A model generated the notes under the pieces. It saw only the letters and a list, made by a program, of their open reading frames with translations. It did not search any database and had not been told where the DNA came from. A program made the translations under genes and the position numbers. 64,000 bases of DNA from Mobula hypostoma. Taxonomy: Eukaryota. Shown here in pieces: positions 23,302 through 36,170 of this stretch. Within the stretch, counting starts at the first letter, position 1; every line of letters begins with the position of its first letter. Location: the NCBI RefSeq assembly GCF_963921235.1, contig NC_086097.1:181848001-181912000 (forward strand), written 5' to 3'.

Positions 23302-23997
23302 ATTAAAACTCTGCATTTTGGCACTAGATGAAATCCTCAGGTTTTAAGGGTTGTAGCAAAGTTTGTCATAATGGATAGCAGCTTTCTTCAGGCCTAAATT
23401 GTATAGGGATACATGTTTCCAGAATTAACTGATGGGTTAGTTTTCCGTTCCCAATAAAGAGACATCTGATTTCTTTCAAGGAGAGGAATTGCATTGTTCT
23501 ATTCTTGGTGTGTCCTAATTAATTATAAAATCAAACACTAATTATATCATACTCGTATCAGGGTATCATAGCCATAACAGAAATAGAGCTGAGGGAAGGG
23601 ACTGGTAATTCAATGTTCTGGGATATGGATGCTGCAGGCGTGACAGAGGTGCAGATAAGAGAGGAAGGGGAGTTGCATTTTTGATAAAAGTGGACAAGGC
23701 CATCCTTAAGGAGGATGTTATTTGGGGGGCATCATTCAGTGAAGCTATAAGGGTTGAACTTAGAAACAAGAAGAGAATGGTTACTCTGGAGTTGTATTAT
23801 TGGCCCCCAAGTAGTAGGTGGGAATTGGAGGAGCATATATGTAGTGAGATTGCAATTGGTTGTAAATGTAATAGGGTTGTATTAGTGGGAGATTTTAACA
23901 TCTCCAATAGTTCAAGGCCAACCATATTATGATGTGCTTGGACAGAGTGGAGTTTGTGAAATGTGTCAAAGAAAGTTTCTTTTATCAACGTATAAGA

Positions 23998-25110
23998 TCA
24001 TGACATAAGAGCAGAATTAGGCCATTTGGTCCATCAAGTCTACTCTGTCAGTTCATTATGGCTGATCCATTTTACCCCTCAGCCCCAGTCTTCTGTCTTC
24101 TCCCCATATCCCTTCATGTCCTGACCAATCAAGAATCTATCAATCCCTGCCTTAAATATACATACAGACTTGGCCTCCACAGCTGCCTGTGGCAATGAAT
24201 TCCACAGATTCCTCCTCATCGCTGTTCTAAAAGGATGCCCCTCTATTCTGAGGCAGTGTCCTCTGGTCTTAGACCTCCCACATTAGGAAACAGCCTCTCT
24301 ACGTCCACTCTATCAAGGCCTTTCACCATTTGATAGTTTTTAATAGGTCACTCCTCATTCTTCTAAATTCCAGTTAATAAAGGCACAGAGTCATCTAATG
24401 CTCTTCATTTTTGTGAAACTCTTTTGAACCCTCTCCAGTTTTAGTGCATCCTTTCTAAGGGGCCCAAACCTGTTCACAATACTCCAAGTGTGGCCTCGCC
24501 AGTGCTTTATAAAGGTTCAACATTGCATCCTTGCTTTTATATTCTATTCCTCTTGAAATTAATGCAAACATTGCATTTGCCTTCCTCACCACAGACTCAG
24601 CCTGCAAATTAACCTGTCAGGAATCCTGCACAAAGACTCCCAAGTGCCTTTGTATCTTAGTTTTTTGTATTTTCTCTCCATTTAAAAATTTCTGCTACCA
24701 AAGTGCATGACCATACACTTCCCAATACAGTATTGCATCTGCTCCATTGTCCCAATCTGTCTCAGTCATTCTGCAGCCTCTCTACTTCCTCAGAACTTAC
24801 TGCGCCTCCACCTATCTTCGTATCGTCTGCAAACTTTGCAACAAAGCCATCAATTCCATCATCCAAATCATTGTAAAACGTAAAAAAAAAATCGGTCACA
24901 ACCCATACTCCTGGAGAACACCAGTAGTCACTGGCAGCCAAACAGAAAAGGTTCACTTTTTTCCCACTCTTCACCTCCTGCCAGTCAGCCACTGCTTTAT
25001 CCATACTAGAAATACCTATAATACCATGGGCTTGTAGCTTGTTAAGAGCCTCGTGTGGCATTTTGACAAAGGCCTTTTAAACATCCAAATGCACAATATC
25101 AACTGATTCT
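23998..25110 (-). mobile_element. CR1 RT/3' fragment nested in the opposite orientation
   Basis: ORF 24762..25061 NDLDDGIDGFVAKFADDTKIGG; tail gagcagaattaggccattt. Confidence 0.8.
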
Positions 25111-26139
25111 AAAAGACCTATGATTGAGGGTGCAACACTGGTCCTCCTTGCAAGGAATGAAGTAGGGCAAGTGGTGAAAGTGTCTGTTGGTGAGCCCTTT
25201 GGGTCCAATGACTATAACTCTATAAGTTTTAAAATAGTTCTGTAGAAGAATGTGACCAGTTCACAGGTCAGGGTCCTGAACTGCATTAGAGTAAATATTG
25301 GAGCTGTTGTGTGTTGCAGGGGCTGACTGGGCAAGATATTTTATGGGGGAAGGGGTATCTGCCAAGTGGAAGGCTTTTAAAAATGTAATGTCAAAAGTTC
25401 ATAGCCTGCATGTTCCTGATTAGAGTGAAGGGCAATGATGACAGATTTCAGGAACATTGGCGGATGAGGGTTATTGAAGAACATACATAAAATGCTTGAG
25501 GAGCTCAGCAGATCAGGCAGCATCAAAGGAGGGGGAATAAACGGTTCATGTTTTGGGCCAAGACTAGAAAGGAAGTGGGGTGGGGGGTGGGGAGAAAGAA
25601 GCCAGAATGAAAAGGTATGGGGAGAGGAGGAGCACAAGCTGACAGGTAATGGGTAATAAATATACTGAGACCCTGGCTGAGAAGAAGAGGGAGATGTATG
25701 CAGTGCATAAGCAGTTTGGAACTAGTGAATTTCTTGATCACCTGAAGCGTCGGAGTGCACTGAAGAGAAGTTACAAAGGCAAAAAGAGGATATGGGAAGG
25801 ATCTGGCAGCCAAGGTGCCGCTACATCCAAAGAGTAAGAGTAAAAGAATGGGTAGGGAGTGAATAGATATCCTTAAAGATCAGCATTGCTCTTTATGTAT
25901 GGAACCAGAAGAAATGGGTGAGATTTTAATGAATATTTCTCTTAGTTTTTACTGTGGAGAAATCGATGGAAGGTAAGGAGTTGGGGGAAATGTGTGGTGA
26001 TGTCTTGAACACATAAAAATTAGCTGGGAAGATAGATTGGAGACCTAAAAGTGCATGAAGATGGATCAATCCCCAGGGCCTTCATGGAACTTGTTGAAAG
26101 CTAGGGAAGGAATTGTGTAAGGCCCTTGCAGAAATTTGT

Positions 26140-26395
26140 ATTTATTTATTGAGAATACAGTGTGGAGAAGGCCCTTGAAGCCACGCTGCCGAGTAATCCC
26201 CCAATTTAATCGTAACCTAATCATGGGACAATTTACAGTGACCAATTAACCTACCAATCAGTACATCTTTGGACTGTGGGAGGAAAAGTGGAACACCTGG
26301 AGGAAACCTATGCAGTCAAGGGAATTCCAGGCAGCAGTGAGAATTGAACCCAGGTCACCAAAAGAGTTTTGCTAACCACTATGCTGCCATGCAGC
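26140..26395 (-). mobile_element. V-SINE-like element
   Basis: Reverse complement shows a tRNA-like head (agcatagtggttagc...gggttcaattctc) and V-domain-like ggtttcctccaggtgttccac...tcccacagtccaaaga. A similar older copy lies at about 27330-27570. Confidence 0.65.
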
Positions 26396-26745
26396 CTCAG
26401 CATCTCTGGGTACAGGTAACATTCTGGAGGACCGGAGAGTGGCTAATGTGGTACCATTGTTGAAGAAGGAGTCAGATCCGAGATATTTAAAAAGAACATC
26501 AGGGCAGCCTCTTCATGCAAACATAGGCATGTACTTGGAAATGGTGGTTGTAGGGAGTACACTTGCGATATTTAAAAGTCATTCAGATAAGGACGTGGAT
26601 AGGAAAGGTATTGAGGTCTGTGGGCCAAATGCAGGCAGAAGAGACTAGCTTGCTGGTCATCACAGTCAGCATGGACAGGTTGGGTCAAAGAGCCTGTTTC
26701 CATGCTGTACAACTCTTTTAAAAGAAAATTCCATTAAATCTCTCA

Positions 26746-26826
26746 CAAACAAGAGAAAATCTGCAGATGCTGGAAATCCAAGCAACACACAGGAAATGCT
26801 GAGTTTCTACTGCATTTTGTGTGTTT
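26746..26826. mobile_element. 81-bp fold-back PLE-terminus mini-insertion
   Basis: caaacaagagaaaatctgcagatgctgg...caacacacaggaaatgctgag|tttctactgcattttgtgtgttt, flanked by cattaaatctctca (26732-26745) and cattaaatctatca (26827-26840). Confidence 0.75.
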
Positions 26827-27574
26827 CATTAAATCTATCAAAAGGTTTTAAAGAAGAGATGTTAATTGAACCCCAATCTTGTATTGTCTCAACAGAATAT
26901 TTCTCTAAATATCTTGTATCATTTAACCCTCAATGTTTGATATTAGCTTCCTATTTTCTGATTTGTGTACATTTATTAACCGTGATTCTTTAACTTGATG
27001 GGTTCCACCCTTCTCTCTTTATTTTAATATATTTGTTCTGCAGACTCTATTTTCTCCGGTGAATTCTACTGATGCTTTATTTTTCAAGGACCTATTCCCA
27101 ACATACTTCTGGTTGAGTAGGCTTGGACTTCGCTCAACTGAGAACCTCCTCCTATGATGTTTGTTAATACCAGTGAACAAAGATGTAAAAGTAGAGCTAA
27201 ATCAACAGGGATTAAATTTTTTTTTGCCTAAATTAAAACTAAATTGTATTTGGAAAATAGAATTCACTACCACAAATTCTGAAGTTTTATTCATGGAGCT
27301 ATATAACAGGGACATGAGCTAACCAGAAAGCACCCTTTTTTTTACATGCATCTTATCTGTTTTATTCTCCCCACCTTCCCATCTGTTTCCCCCCATGTTC
27401 CACCATTCACCTATATCAGGAGCATTTCACAGCCGACATTTTTGGGATATGGGAGGAAACTACAGCACCTACAACAAACCCACAGGGAGAATGTTTAAAC
27501 TTTGCACAGTTTGCACTGGAGATTTAGATTGAAACTAGGTGCCTGAAGTTGTGAAGCAGCAGCTCTTCTATCTC

Positions 27575-29190
27575 TGCTCTTTAAGTATCATTGTGATTGG
27601 CTGTGTGGAACCACAGGAGGTGGGTGAAGTCCTAAATGATTACTGTTGCCTACATTTATTGTGGCGAAGGTAATGGAAACTTGGAAATTTAGGGAAGTGA
27701 CAAACGAGGTCCTGAAGCATCTCGACACGACAAGAGAGGAGAATTGTGGTGGTCCTAAAGCATATAAAGGTGAATAAGTCTCCGAGTCCTGACCAAGTGC
27801 ATCCTTGGATATCTTGGGAAGCAAACATGCAAATTTCATGGGTCCTTTCAGAGATTTTTGTACTTCCTTTAGCCACATGCGAGGTACTGGAAAGTTGGAA
27901 GGTGGCCAGTGTTGTCTTTATTTAAGAGAAGCTGTAAAGTCAAGCCAGGATGCTAGAGGCTGATGAGTCTAACATTGAGGTGGGAAAGTTCCTGGGTGGG
28001 AGGAGATTCTGAGAGACGAGATCTATCTACATCTGGAAAGTTGAAGACTGATTAGGGACAGTCAGCATTGTGAAATTGTGTCTCTCAAATTTGAAATTTT
28101 TGTTTTGAAGAGGTGACAGAAGATGCATGAGGGCAAGGCAGTTGACATTGTGAATATGGACTTCAGGAAGGCCTTTGACCAGGTCCCACAAGATAGGCTG
28201 GTCTGAAAGGTTAGATTACATGCAATCAAAGCTGAGATAGCCAATTGGATACAAAACTGGCTTGGTGGAAGGAGGTAGTGGGTTGTATGGAGGTTTGTTT
28301 TTAAGATTGGAGGACTGTAACCAGTGGTGTGCCATAAGGTTGAGCGTTGGGTCGCTGTTGTTTGTTTTATATATATTTTGTGGATGGCACCAAAATTGGT
28401 GGCGTGGACAATGGAGAATGGCTACCACAGGATCGAGATCAACTGTAGGAAAGGGAATTTAAATGCAAGGTGATGCATTTTAGGAAGTTAAGCCAAGGCA
28501 GGGCATACACAGTGAATGAACAAGCTTCGGGGAGTGTTGTAGAACATAGTGATTTTGACATACAAGTGCATAGTTGCTTGAAAGTGGTAACACAGATGGA
28601 CAAGTGGTGAAGAGCGTGTACAAAACACTTGCCCTCATTAAATGGGGCATTGAATCAGAACTGGATTTATTGCTACTGACATATGTTGTGAAATTTGTCT
28701 TGTGGTGGTAGTATAGCTTAAAACAATAAGACATAAAAAGAGCACAAAAATAGTGATGTCATACTACAAAGATGCATGACAGAAGTGAGAATGCACAGAA
28801 ATGTTATGTGTAGTTTTGGTTGTCATATTGTATAGGAAGGATGTGATTAAGCTGGAGAGGGTGCAGAAAAGATACACAAGAACATTGCTGGGGTGGTGGG
28901 GGTGGGGGAGGGTTTGAATTATAAGGAGGGATTGTATAGGTTAGACCTGGAAGGCTGGGGAATTAATAAAATTATAAGGGGCATACATAAGGTAGAATGT
29001 TTTTTCCCATTCTGGTGGAGTCTAAAACTAATGACATAGAAACATTTAACGAGAACCCATGGGAGAATGTTTCAGTACTTGAATCACCTTGGCACAGAAG
29101 GTTACAGGCCAAATGCCGGAAGATAGGATTAATATGGAAGGGTACTCACTAGTTGGTAAGATATTGTACTGAGTGCTGTGTGACTCTATA
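27575..29190 (+). mobile_element. Old CR1 RT/3' fragment with a nested LINE tail at about 28652-28790
   Basis: gataagtctccgagtcctga (DKSPGPD-like) and atggacttcaggaaggcctttgacc (MDFRKAFD). Confidence 0.7.
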
Positions 29191-29640
29191 AATTGATACC
29201 TGGCAGCTCAGCTAATCCTTGCAAATCTTCAGTGCCGCAAGTTTCTCTCTGTGCCTGTTGAACTGAAGAAAATAGGCAGTACACATAACATGGCAGTGGG
29301 AGTGGTCTCTGGTTAAGACAAAAATAACTTTCAGTATTAATTATGTTCAGACTGCTTTTGTAGTTCTCATTTAGCTTGAATATTACATCTATATAACATA
29401 GACCAGCACTAGACAGGCCATTGGTCCACAATGGAGCTGATCAAAAATTACTGATTTAAACATAACTATTTATTTTATTTGTATTTTCTGACCTACTAGT
29501 GGCAGTTTTTCAATTTCTTAATTTTCCAATTTATGGACAAAATTGACTTAACATTTGTACAAACAGAATCTGTTCATTGTGGAAACCTCCTGTAGTATCA
29601 GAATCAGGTTTATTATCACTGATGTATTTTGTAAAATTTC

Positions 29641-29750
29641 ACAAACACGAGAAGGTCTGCAGAAGCTGGAAATTTAAAGCAACATACACAAAATGCTGAA
29701 CAATATGCTGCCTGGCCTGCTGAGTTCCTCCAGCATTCTGTGTGTGTTGT
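29641..29750. mobile_element. Fold-back PLE-terminus mini-insertion inside a LINE tail
   Basis: caacatacacaaaatgctg ... cagcattctgtgtgtgttg inverted arms; no clear TSD. Confidence 0.65.
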
Positions 29751-30084
29751 TTTTTTTGTGGCAGAGCACAGTGTAAGACATAAAAATTACTACTAAGTTA
29801 CAAAAATAAATAAATAATGCAAAAGACAGATAACGAGGCTGTATCCCGACATAACCCCTGTGATCTCATTCACACAAAAATAAATGTAGACATGGTTGCA
29901 CAAGTGCTGTAAATGGAATGAACTGAAGCCATAACAATCTGTGTTTGTTACCACAGTGCACCTGCTTCTGTCAGACAGCAAGTCTGTTAATTGATAGCTG
30001 CAGTGTTTTATTGACAGTCTAGAGCAGTCACAGCAACATTCTCCTCTCCTGTTTTTAAAAAAAAGAATAAAGTAGTCCTGGAAC

Positions 30085-30905
30085 AACACACGAGGAAGCT
30101 GGAGGAACTCCGCAGGTCAGACATTATCCGTGGAGTGGATGGACAGTTGGTATTTTGGATCGAGACCCTTCATCTAAACTGGAAAGAAACAGGGGAGATG
30201 CCAGTATAAAGGGTGAGGGGAAATGTTGGAGCAAGAGATCTTGGGTGATTCCAAGATTCCTATTTATTTGTTACATACAGGGAAATGTGTCATTTGTGTT
30301 AACAACCAACACGCCCAACACACGCCCTGTGTTGCCGCATATTCTGGTGATAGATGGATCCAGGTGAAGGAGAGGGAAAGTGGGAATGATTAAAAATCTG
30401 TGAGGTGATAAATGGAAGTGACAAAGGGCTGAAGAAGATGGACAGTGGAGCATAGGATATAGGGGAAGGGGTGAGGAGGGGAACCAGAGAGAGGAATGTG
30501 TAGATGATGGCTAGGTGGAGAGGATAGAGGAAGGGAAATAGAAGGTGTGATGGGGACAGTGGGATAAGGGAAAAAAGAAGGGATAAGGGGATGACGTATC
30601 AGAAGCTAGAGAAATCAATACTCATACCATCAGTTTCGCACCTATCAGTGCAGAATATGATGTCTTGTTGCTCAAAGCTGCACCTAACATCAACTTGGAG
30701 CACGGAATGCAATAAATGACCCTGATGGCTTCACGTATGAAGGACTACCTCACCTGAACGACTGTTTAGGGCCTTGAATAGTGATGAGGGCGTGATGTAG
30801 GGGCAGGTGTTAGCACAGTTGCAGAGAAATGTAGCTGGAATGGGGTCAGTGGGGAAGAATGAGTGGGCAAAGGGTCACGGAGAGAGCGAAAAGTGGAGGG
30901 AAGTG
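30085..30905 (-). mobile_element. Old Penelope-like element 3' fragment
   Basis: Terminal repeat (cgagacccttcatc, a degenerate hammerhead at about 30144-30181) and GIY-YIG-region remnants (cctcacctgaacgactgtttagggccttgaat). Confidence 0.7.
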
Positions 30906-31764
30906 AAAAATCTGATTTGACAACAAGCTAGTGGTTAAGGATATTGTTATTATTTAACAAAAGGGTATTTTAAATTGTCATATGTGATAAGTCTGGGTCA
31001 AGCTGCACGGTGCAGATTTCATTTACTGCAGGTATCAGAAAGTACAGCTTCATCATTCACTGAAACTGTATGGCGTATCAGTAATGAAGTTACTCTACTG
31101 TCTGAGAGAACAAAGAGAGGAAAAGGAGACAAGACTGAACAATCTCCCATGCTTTACTTTCAATATTAGGGCAGGACCTTTCCCAATCACAGGAGAAGGA
31201 AGATGGGCTTCCATTTAATGTCACAAGTTTTGCATCTCCTCACCCAATCATCATCTCTCAAACATCTCCCTCATTTGGACATTTTTTTTCCTTTTACTAT
31301 TTCTCTGAGTGGTATTTAGATCTTTCAAGACTATACAATGGTCTTTATTTCTAAACCATATACTTTAACCACACACTCCTGTGAATTTTCATCCTTTTTA
31401 ATATCCCATCTCTTCTGATCTCAATTTCGTTTCACTCTTCAATTTCACCCTAATCCCATTGTCTCTGGACATATCCTTAAACAATTTTCTTCCTGAAACA
31501 GTGATCTGATTTGATTTAGAACAAGTTATGCACTCATCTTAAATCACCATAGCACAGAAGGCAGCATTTTCATGTGCAGGCAAATGGGATGAGCATAGAT
31601 GGGTGCAAACAAGAAAATGGGAACAGGCATAGGCCATTTATGTGATGATCAGTGTGGGCAGGCTTGGCCCAAGGTTCGTGACTATCTCAGAACTTTCTGA
31701 ACTTTTACCATTTATAGAATGTTCTGTTGCTTTTCCTGCCAAATGAGCAATTTCACATTAAGTC

Positions 31765-32705
31765 AAAATAAATTTGTGAATAAGAACGAATATGTCACCA
31801 TATACTGCTTTGAGATTCATTTTCTTGTAGACATTTACAGGAAAATGAAGTACAATAGAATTTATGAAAACTTTATCTTTATAAACAACAATTGACAAAC
31901 AACCAATGTACAAAAAATTACATTGTGCAAATAAAAAATAAATAATACTGAGAATGAGTTGTAGACTCAGAGTTATGGAGTGAGTTGTAAGTGAGTCAGT
32001 TTGGAGTTGTGGTGAGTGAAGTTATCCATGTTGATTCAGGAACCTGATGGTTGTAAGAGAATAACTGAACCTGGTGGTGTGAGACTTGAGACTCTTGTAC
32101 CTCTTGCCCGATAGTAGTAATCAGAAGAGAGCAAGGTGTGGTTGGCAGGGTCCTTGATGATGGATGCTGCTTTCTTGTGGCAGTGCTGCATGTAAGTATA
32201 CTCAGTTGTGGAGAGGGCTTTCCTGTGATGTACTTGGCCGTATCCACCACTTTCTGTAGACTTTTCGTTTGTGGGCATTGGTTTATCCATATCAGGCCGT
32301 GATGCAAATAGTCAGAGTAACTCCACTGTGCATCTATAGCAGTTTGCCAGTTTTAGATAACACCAAATCTGACCAAATTTCGAAGATGGTCGAGGTGCTG
32401 TTGTGCCGCCTCTGTTATGGCACTTGTGTGCTAGTCCCAGGACAGATTCCACAGCATATACCCTAATAAGGGTTGGTTCCTGATAAGGATGTTAAACTGG
32501 CTCATGGACTTCTGGCTTCTCTCCTGTAGTCAATGATCAGATCTTTGTTTTGCTGACGTTGAGTGAGAGATTATTGCTGTGGCACCATTCAACCAGATGT
32601 TCAATCTCCACTGCTGTATGCCATTTTGTCACCAACTTTGATTCAACCAGCAAGAATAGAGACATCAGCAAACTTAAGTACTGCGTTGCAGCTGTACTTA
32701 GCCGT
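31765..32705 (-). mobile_element. Rex1/Babar LINE 3' fragment
   Basis: LVEWCHSNNLSLNVSKTK and HCHKKAASIIKDP. Confidence 0.75.
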
Positions 32706-33145
32706 ATAGGTATAATACTCCATTTGCCAGATCTCTTTCCACTCACTCATCCCTTTGTATCCTCCTGAGTCCTCATCATGATTTACTTCCCAGCCTATCC
32801 ATGTCATTGGCAGATTTAGCAACCATTTTTATAACTTCTAAAAAGGTCTCGGTGCCAGTCTTTATGATATTTCACCCGTTGCATCTTGCCAACTATTAAA
32901 AGACTGTAAAAATCCACATATTTCCCATTATTCAGCAATCCTTTATCCATGGTAATAAATTACTTCATACACCACCGGCTTTTATTTTCTGCAATGAGTT
33001 TTAGTGCCTTGTAGAAACCTTAGTGTAGTTTATCCACTAATTCTCCTTATGCACAACAGTGTTACTTCTGAGAACTGGTTGTTGCTTTCCTTAAACCATG
33101 CCAACCTTTGCCTGCCTACCAGGCATTTTCTATACTGTACTATAA

Positions 33146-33430
33146 TCGGCATCCATTAGTCTCGTGAGACCATGGATTTGCGCCTTGGCCTGGGTAAGGT
33201 TGTATGGAAGACCAGTAGTTACCCATGCTGCAAGTCTCGCCTCTCCACGCCACCAATGTTGTCCAAGGGAAGGGCACTAAGGCTGATACAGCTTGGCACC
33301 GGTGTCGCCGCAGAGCATTGTGTGGTTAAGTGCCTTGCTCAAGGACACAACATGCTGCCTCAGCCGAGGCTCGAACTAGCGACCTTCAGATCACTAGACC
33401 GACGCCTTAATCACGTGTCCACGCGCCAAC
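33146..33430 (-). mobile_element. tRNA-headed SINE with CORE-like segment and probable RTE-type tail
   Basis: Reverse complement has A-box-like tggacacgtga, B-box gttcgagcc, then gtgtccttgagcaaggcacttaacc. Flanking duplication actgtactataa (33134-33145, 33429-33440). Confidence 0.8.
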
Positions 33431-34568
33431 TGTACTATAACATTTAATAATATTTTCTAATATTTTTCCAAAGATGTGTTAAGCTGACAGTCCTTTGTAC
33501 CCCACCCATCTCCCTTTTGAGTTACGTTTAGAGCCAACATAAAAACCTGTCCCACAAGCAACTTCTTTTAAGACCCTGATTTGATCAGGACCTGGGGACA
33601 ACTCTGTTATATAGTTACAGGGTGATACCACATGGAAACGGGCCCTTCAGCCCAACTCGACCATGCTGATAAAAGGTTCCATTCTGAGCTAGTCCTGCTT
33701 GCCTGGATTTTTCCCATATCCCTTCAGACTTTTCCTTTCCATGTGTACCTGTTCAGATGTCTTTTAAATGTTACTGTACCATCTCTAGCAACTTGTACAC
33801 TCTGTGTGGAAAATCTTCCCCTCAGATCCTCTTTAAATCTCTTCTCTCCCCTTAAATCTATGTTCTGTTGGCTTTGTGTTACCCTACCCTGGTTAAAAGA
33901 TAGCGTCCTTCATGACTGCAGTCTCCTTTGTTCCAGGATAAACAATTCCAGGCAGAGAATCATCATTTAAATATACTACAGCGTCATCATAGGATACATA
34001 TCCGCTGACTCATTGCTATGGGCGTTTGAGATAGCTGGTTAATAGATCAATGATCATGATGTAATTGATAAAGATTTAGGGTAGAGTTCAAAGTGTGAAG
34101 TGATGAGTACTAATAGAAATTGGACAGAATGATTGTGATTTGCAGAAGTATCAGAATCAATTTTATGGTCACTGATACAAGTCGTGAAATTTGGTTTACT
34201 GTAGTGGCACTAGCAGGCATAACAAATTAATACAAATTACAATTTAAAAAAAAGGTGTGCACAAGAGGAATAATGAGGTAGTGTTCACTGAGTATTGACC
34301 AGTTTCTGGACTTGAGAGAGTCCATGTGAAGATAGCTTACAGTGGCTTGGACCTGTCTTCCTTAGAATGGAGACTATAAAAGTATTTTAATGTAGGTTTC
34401 CAAGATGTTGAGAGTTTATGACAGAAAGGAAAAACCTCCCTTAGGCAATTCAGTCTGTCACTGAAGGTCAGGAATTTGGTTTGAATGGTCCTGTTTCAGA
34501 AATTTCAAAGAACAAAGCATATGTCTTAGGCCTGTGTTTTGTCAGACAGTGGAACATTGGAACAATAA

Positions 34569-36170
34569 CAAGAAAATCTACAGGTGCAACACACACAAAA
34601 TGTGGAGGGACTGAGTAGGTCAGGCAGCAGCTATGGAAAGGAGGAAACTTTGGAGAAGGGGGAATCTGATAGAGGACAGAACACCATATAAAAAAAGGAA
34701 GATGGAGGAGCACCAGATGAAAGTGAGGGGTGGGTAAGGAAATAAGATGACAGAAGGAGCAGGAATGGGAAATGGCGACGGGGCAAATTACCGGAAGTTC
34801 GAGAAATCGATGTTCATGGCATCAGGTTGGAGGCTACCTAAATGGAATACAAGGTGTTGCTCCTCCAACCTGAATGTGGCCACATCACGACAGTAGAGAC
34901 ATGTTGGAATAAGAAGTGGAATTAAAATGGGTGGCCACTGGGAGATTACACCTTTTCTGGCTGACACAGCATTTGCGCACAGTGAAGTGCTGCCCCAATC
35001 TAAGTTGAGTCTTACTGATATATTGGAGGCCACACTGGGAGCACCAGATACAATAGATGGCCCTAGTGGACTCACAGGGGAATTGTTGCCTCACCTGGAA
35101 GATCTGCCTGGGGCTCTGAATGGTGGTGAGGGAGAAGGTGTAGGGGCAGGTTTGGCACTTGTTCCACTTGCAAGGATAAGTACCAGGAGGGAGATCAGTA
35201 GGGAAGGTTTAGCGGACAAGGGAGTTGCGTAGGGAGTGATCCCAGTGGATTGCAGAAAGTTGTGGGGGTGGACGGGTGGGTGGGAGATGGGGAGATGCGC
35301 TTGGAGGTGGGATCCCATTGGAGATGGCAGAAGTTACAGAGAACTATGTGCTGGATGTGATGGGTTGGTAGGTGAGGACGAGAGGAACCCTGTCCCTACT
35401 GTGGCGGTGGGAAGATAGGGTGAGGGCAGACATGTGTGCAATCGAATTGATACGGGTGAGGGCAGCGTTGATGGTGGGGGTAAAGAAGCCCCTTTTCTTT
35501 GAAGAAGGAAGATATGTCATTAATTCTGGAATGAAAAGCCCCATCCTGAGAACAGATGCAACGGAGATGGAGGGACTGAGAAAAGGGGATGATATTTTTA
35601 CAAGTGACAGGGTGAGAAGAAGTATAGTCCAGGTTGCTGTGAGAATATCAGTAGATAGACTGTCACCAGAGATGAAGACAGAGAGATTGAGAAAGGGGAA
35701 GGAGGTGTCAGAAATGGAGCAGGTAAATTTGAGGGCAGAGTGGAAGTTGGAGGCAAAGTTTATGAAGGCGCAGCATGGGTGCAGGTAGCAGCACCGATGC
35801 AGTCATTAATGTAGCATTGGAAGAGTTGGGGAGTGATACTGGTGTAAGCTTGGAGCATGGGCTGTTTCACGTAGTCAACCAAAAGGCAGGCATAGTTGGG
35901 ACCTTGCTTCTATGGTCTTTTGTCCTTTCCTATCAGATTTACTCTCCTCCAGCCCTTTGTCTCCTACACCAATCAAATTCCCTGTTCTTCATTTCACCCT
36001 TCCCTCTTTCCTAGTTTCGCCTATCACCCTTGTACTACTTCCTCTCCTCCCCCACCTTCTTATTTGGACGTCTCCCCTTCCTTTCCGATCCTGAAGAAGG
36101 GTCTCAGCCTGAAGTGTTTCCATAGATGCTGCCTAGCCTGCTGAGTTCCTCCAGCATTTTGTGTGTGTTG
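34569..36170 (-). mobile_element. Penelope-like element with an inverted terminal repeat at its truncated 5' end
   Basis: Minus body: degenerate RT (PNYACLLVDYV..LFQCYINDCIG, RYIDD-like) and GIY-YIG (IYCIWCSQCGLQYISKT). Plus-strand terminal repeat at about 35900-36170. Perfect 14-bp TSD cattggaacaataa (34555-34568, 36171-36184). Confidence 0.9.

Larger units (their letters stand above)
23545..26715 (+). mobile_element. Old CR1 (APE to 3' end, internally deleted) hosting nested insertions
   Basis: EAIRVELRNKK..YWPP..VGDFN (ORF 23681..23932) and MANVVPLLKK; interrupted at about 23998-25110 (CR1), 25478-25655 (PLE tail) and 26140-26395 (V-SINE). Confidence 0.7.

Noticed and set aside
30975..31230. 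Possible exon after tttactgcag
   Set aside because: There is no convincing donor and no recognisable peptide in any frame.
33340..33430. tRNA gene
   Set aside because: The A/B-box-like sequence is the head of a SINE that continues into CORE-like and tail segments and is bounded by a TSD.
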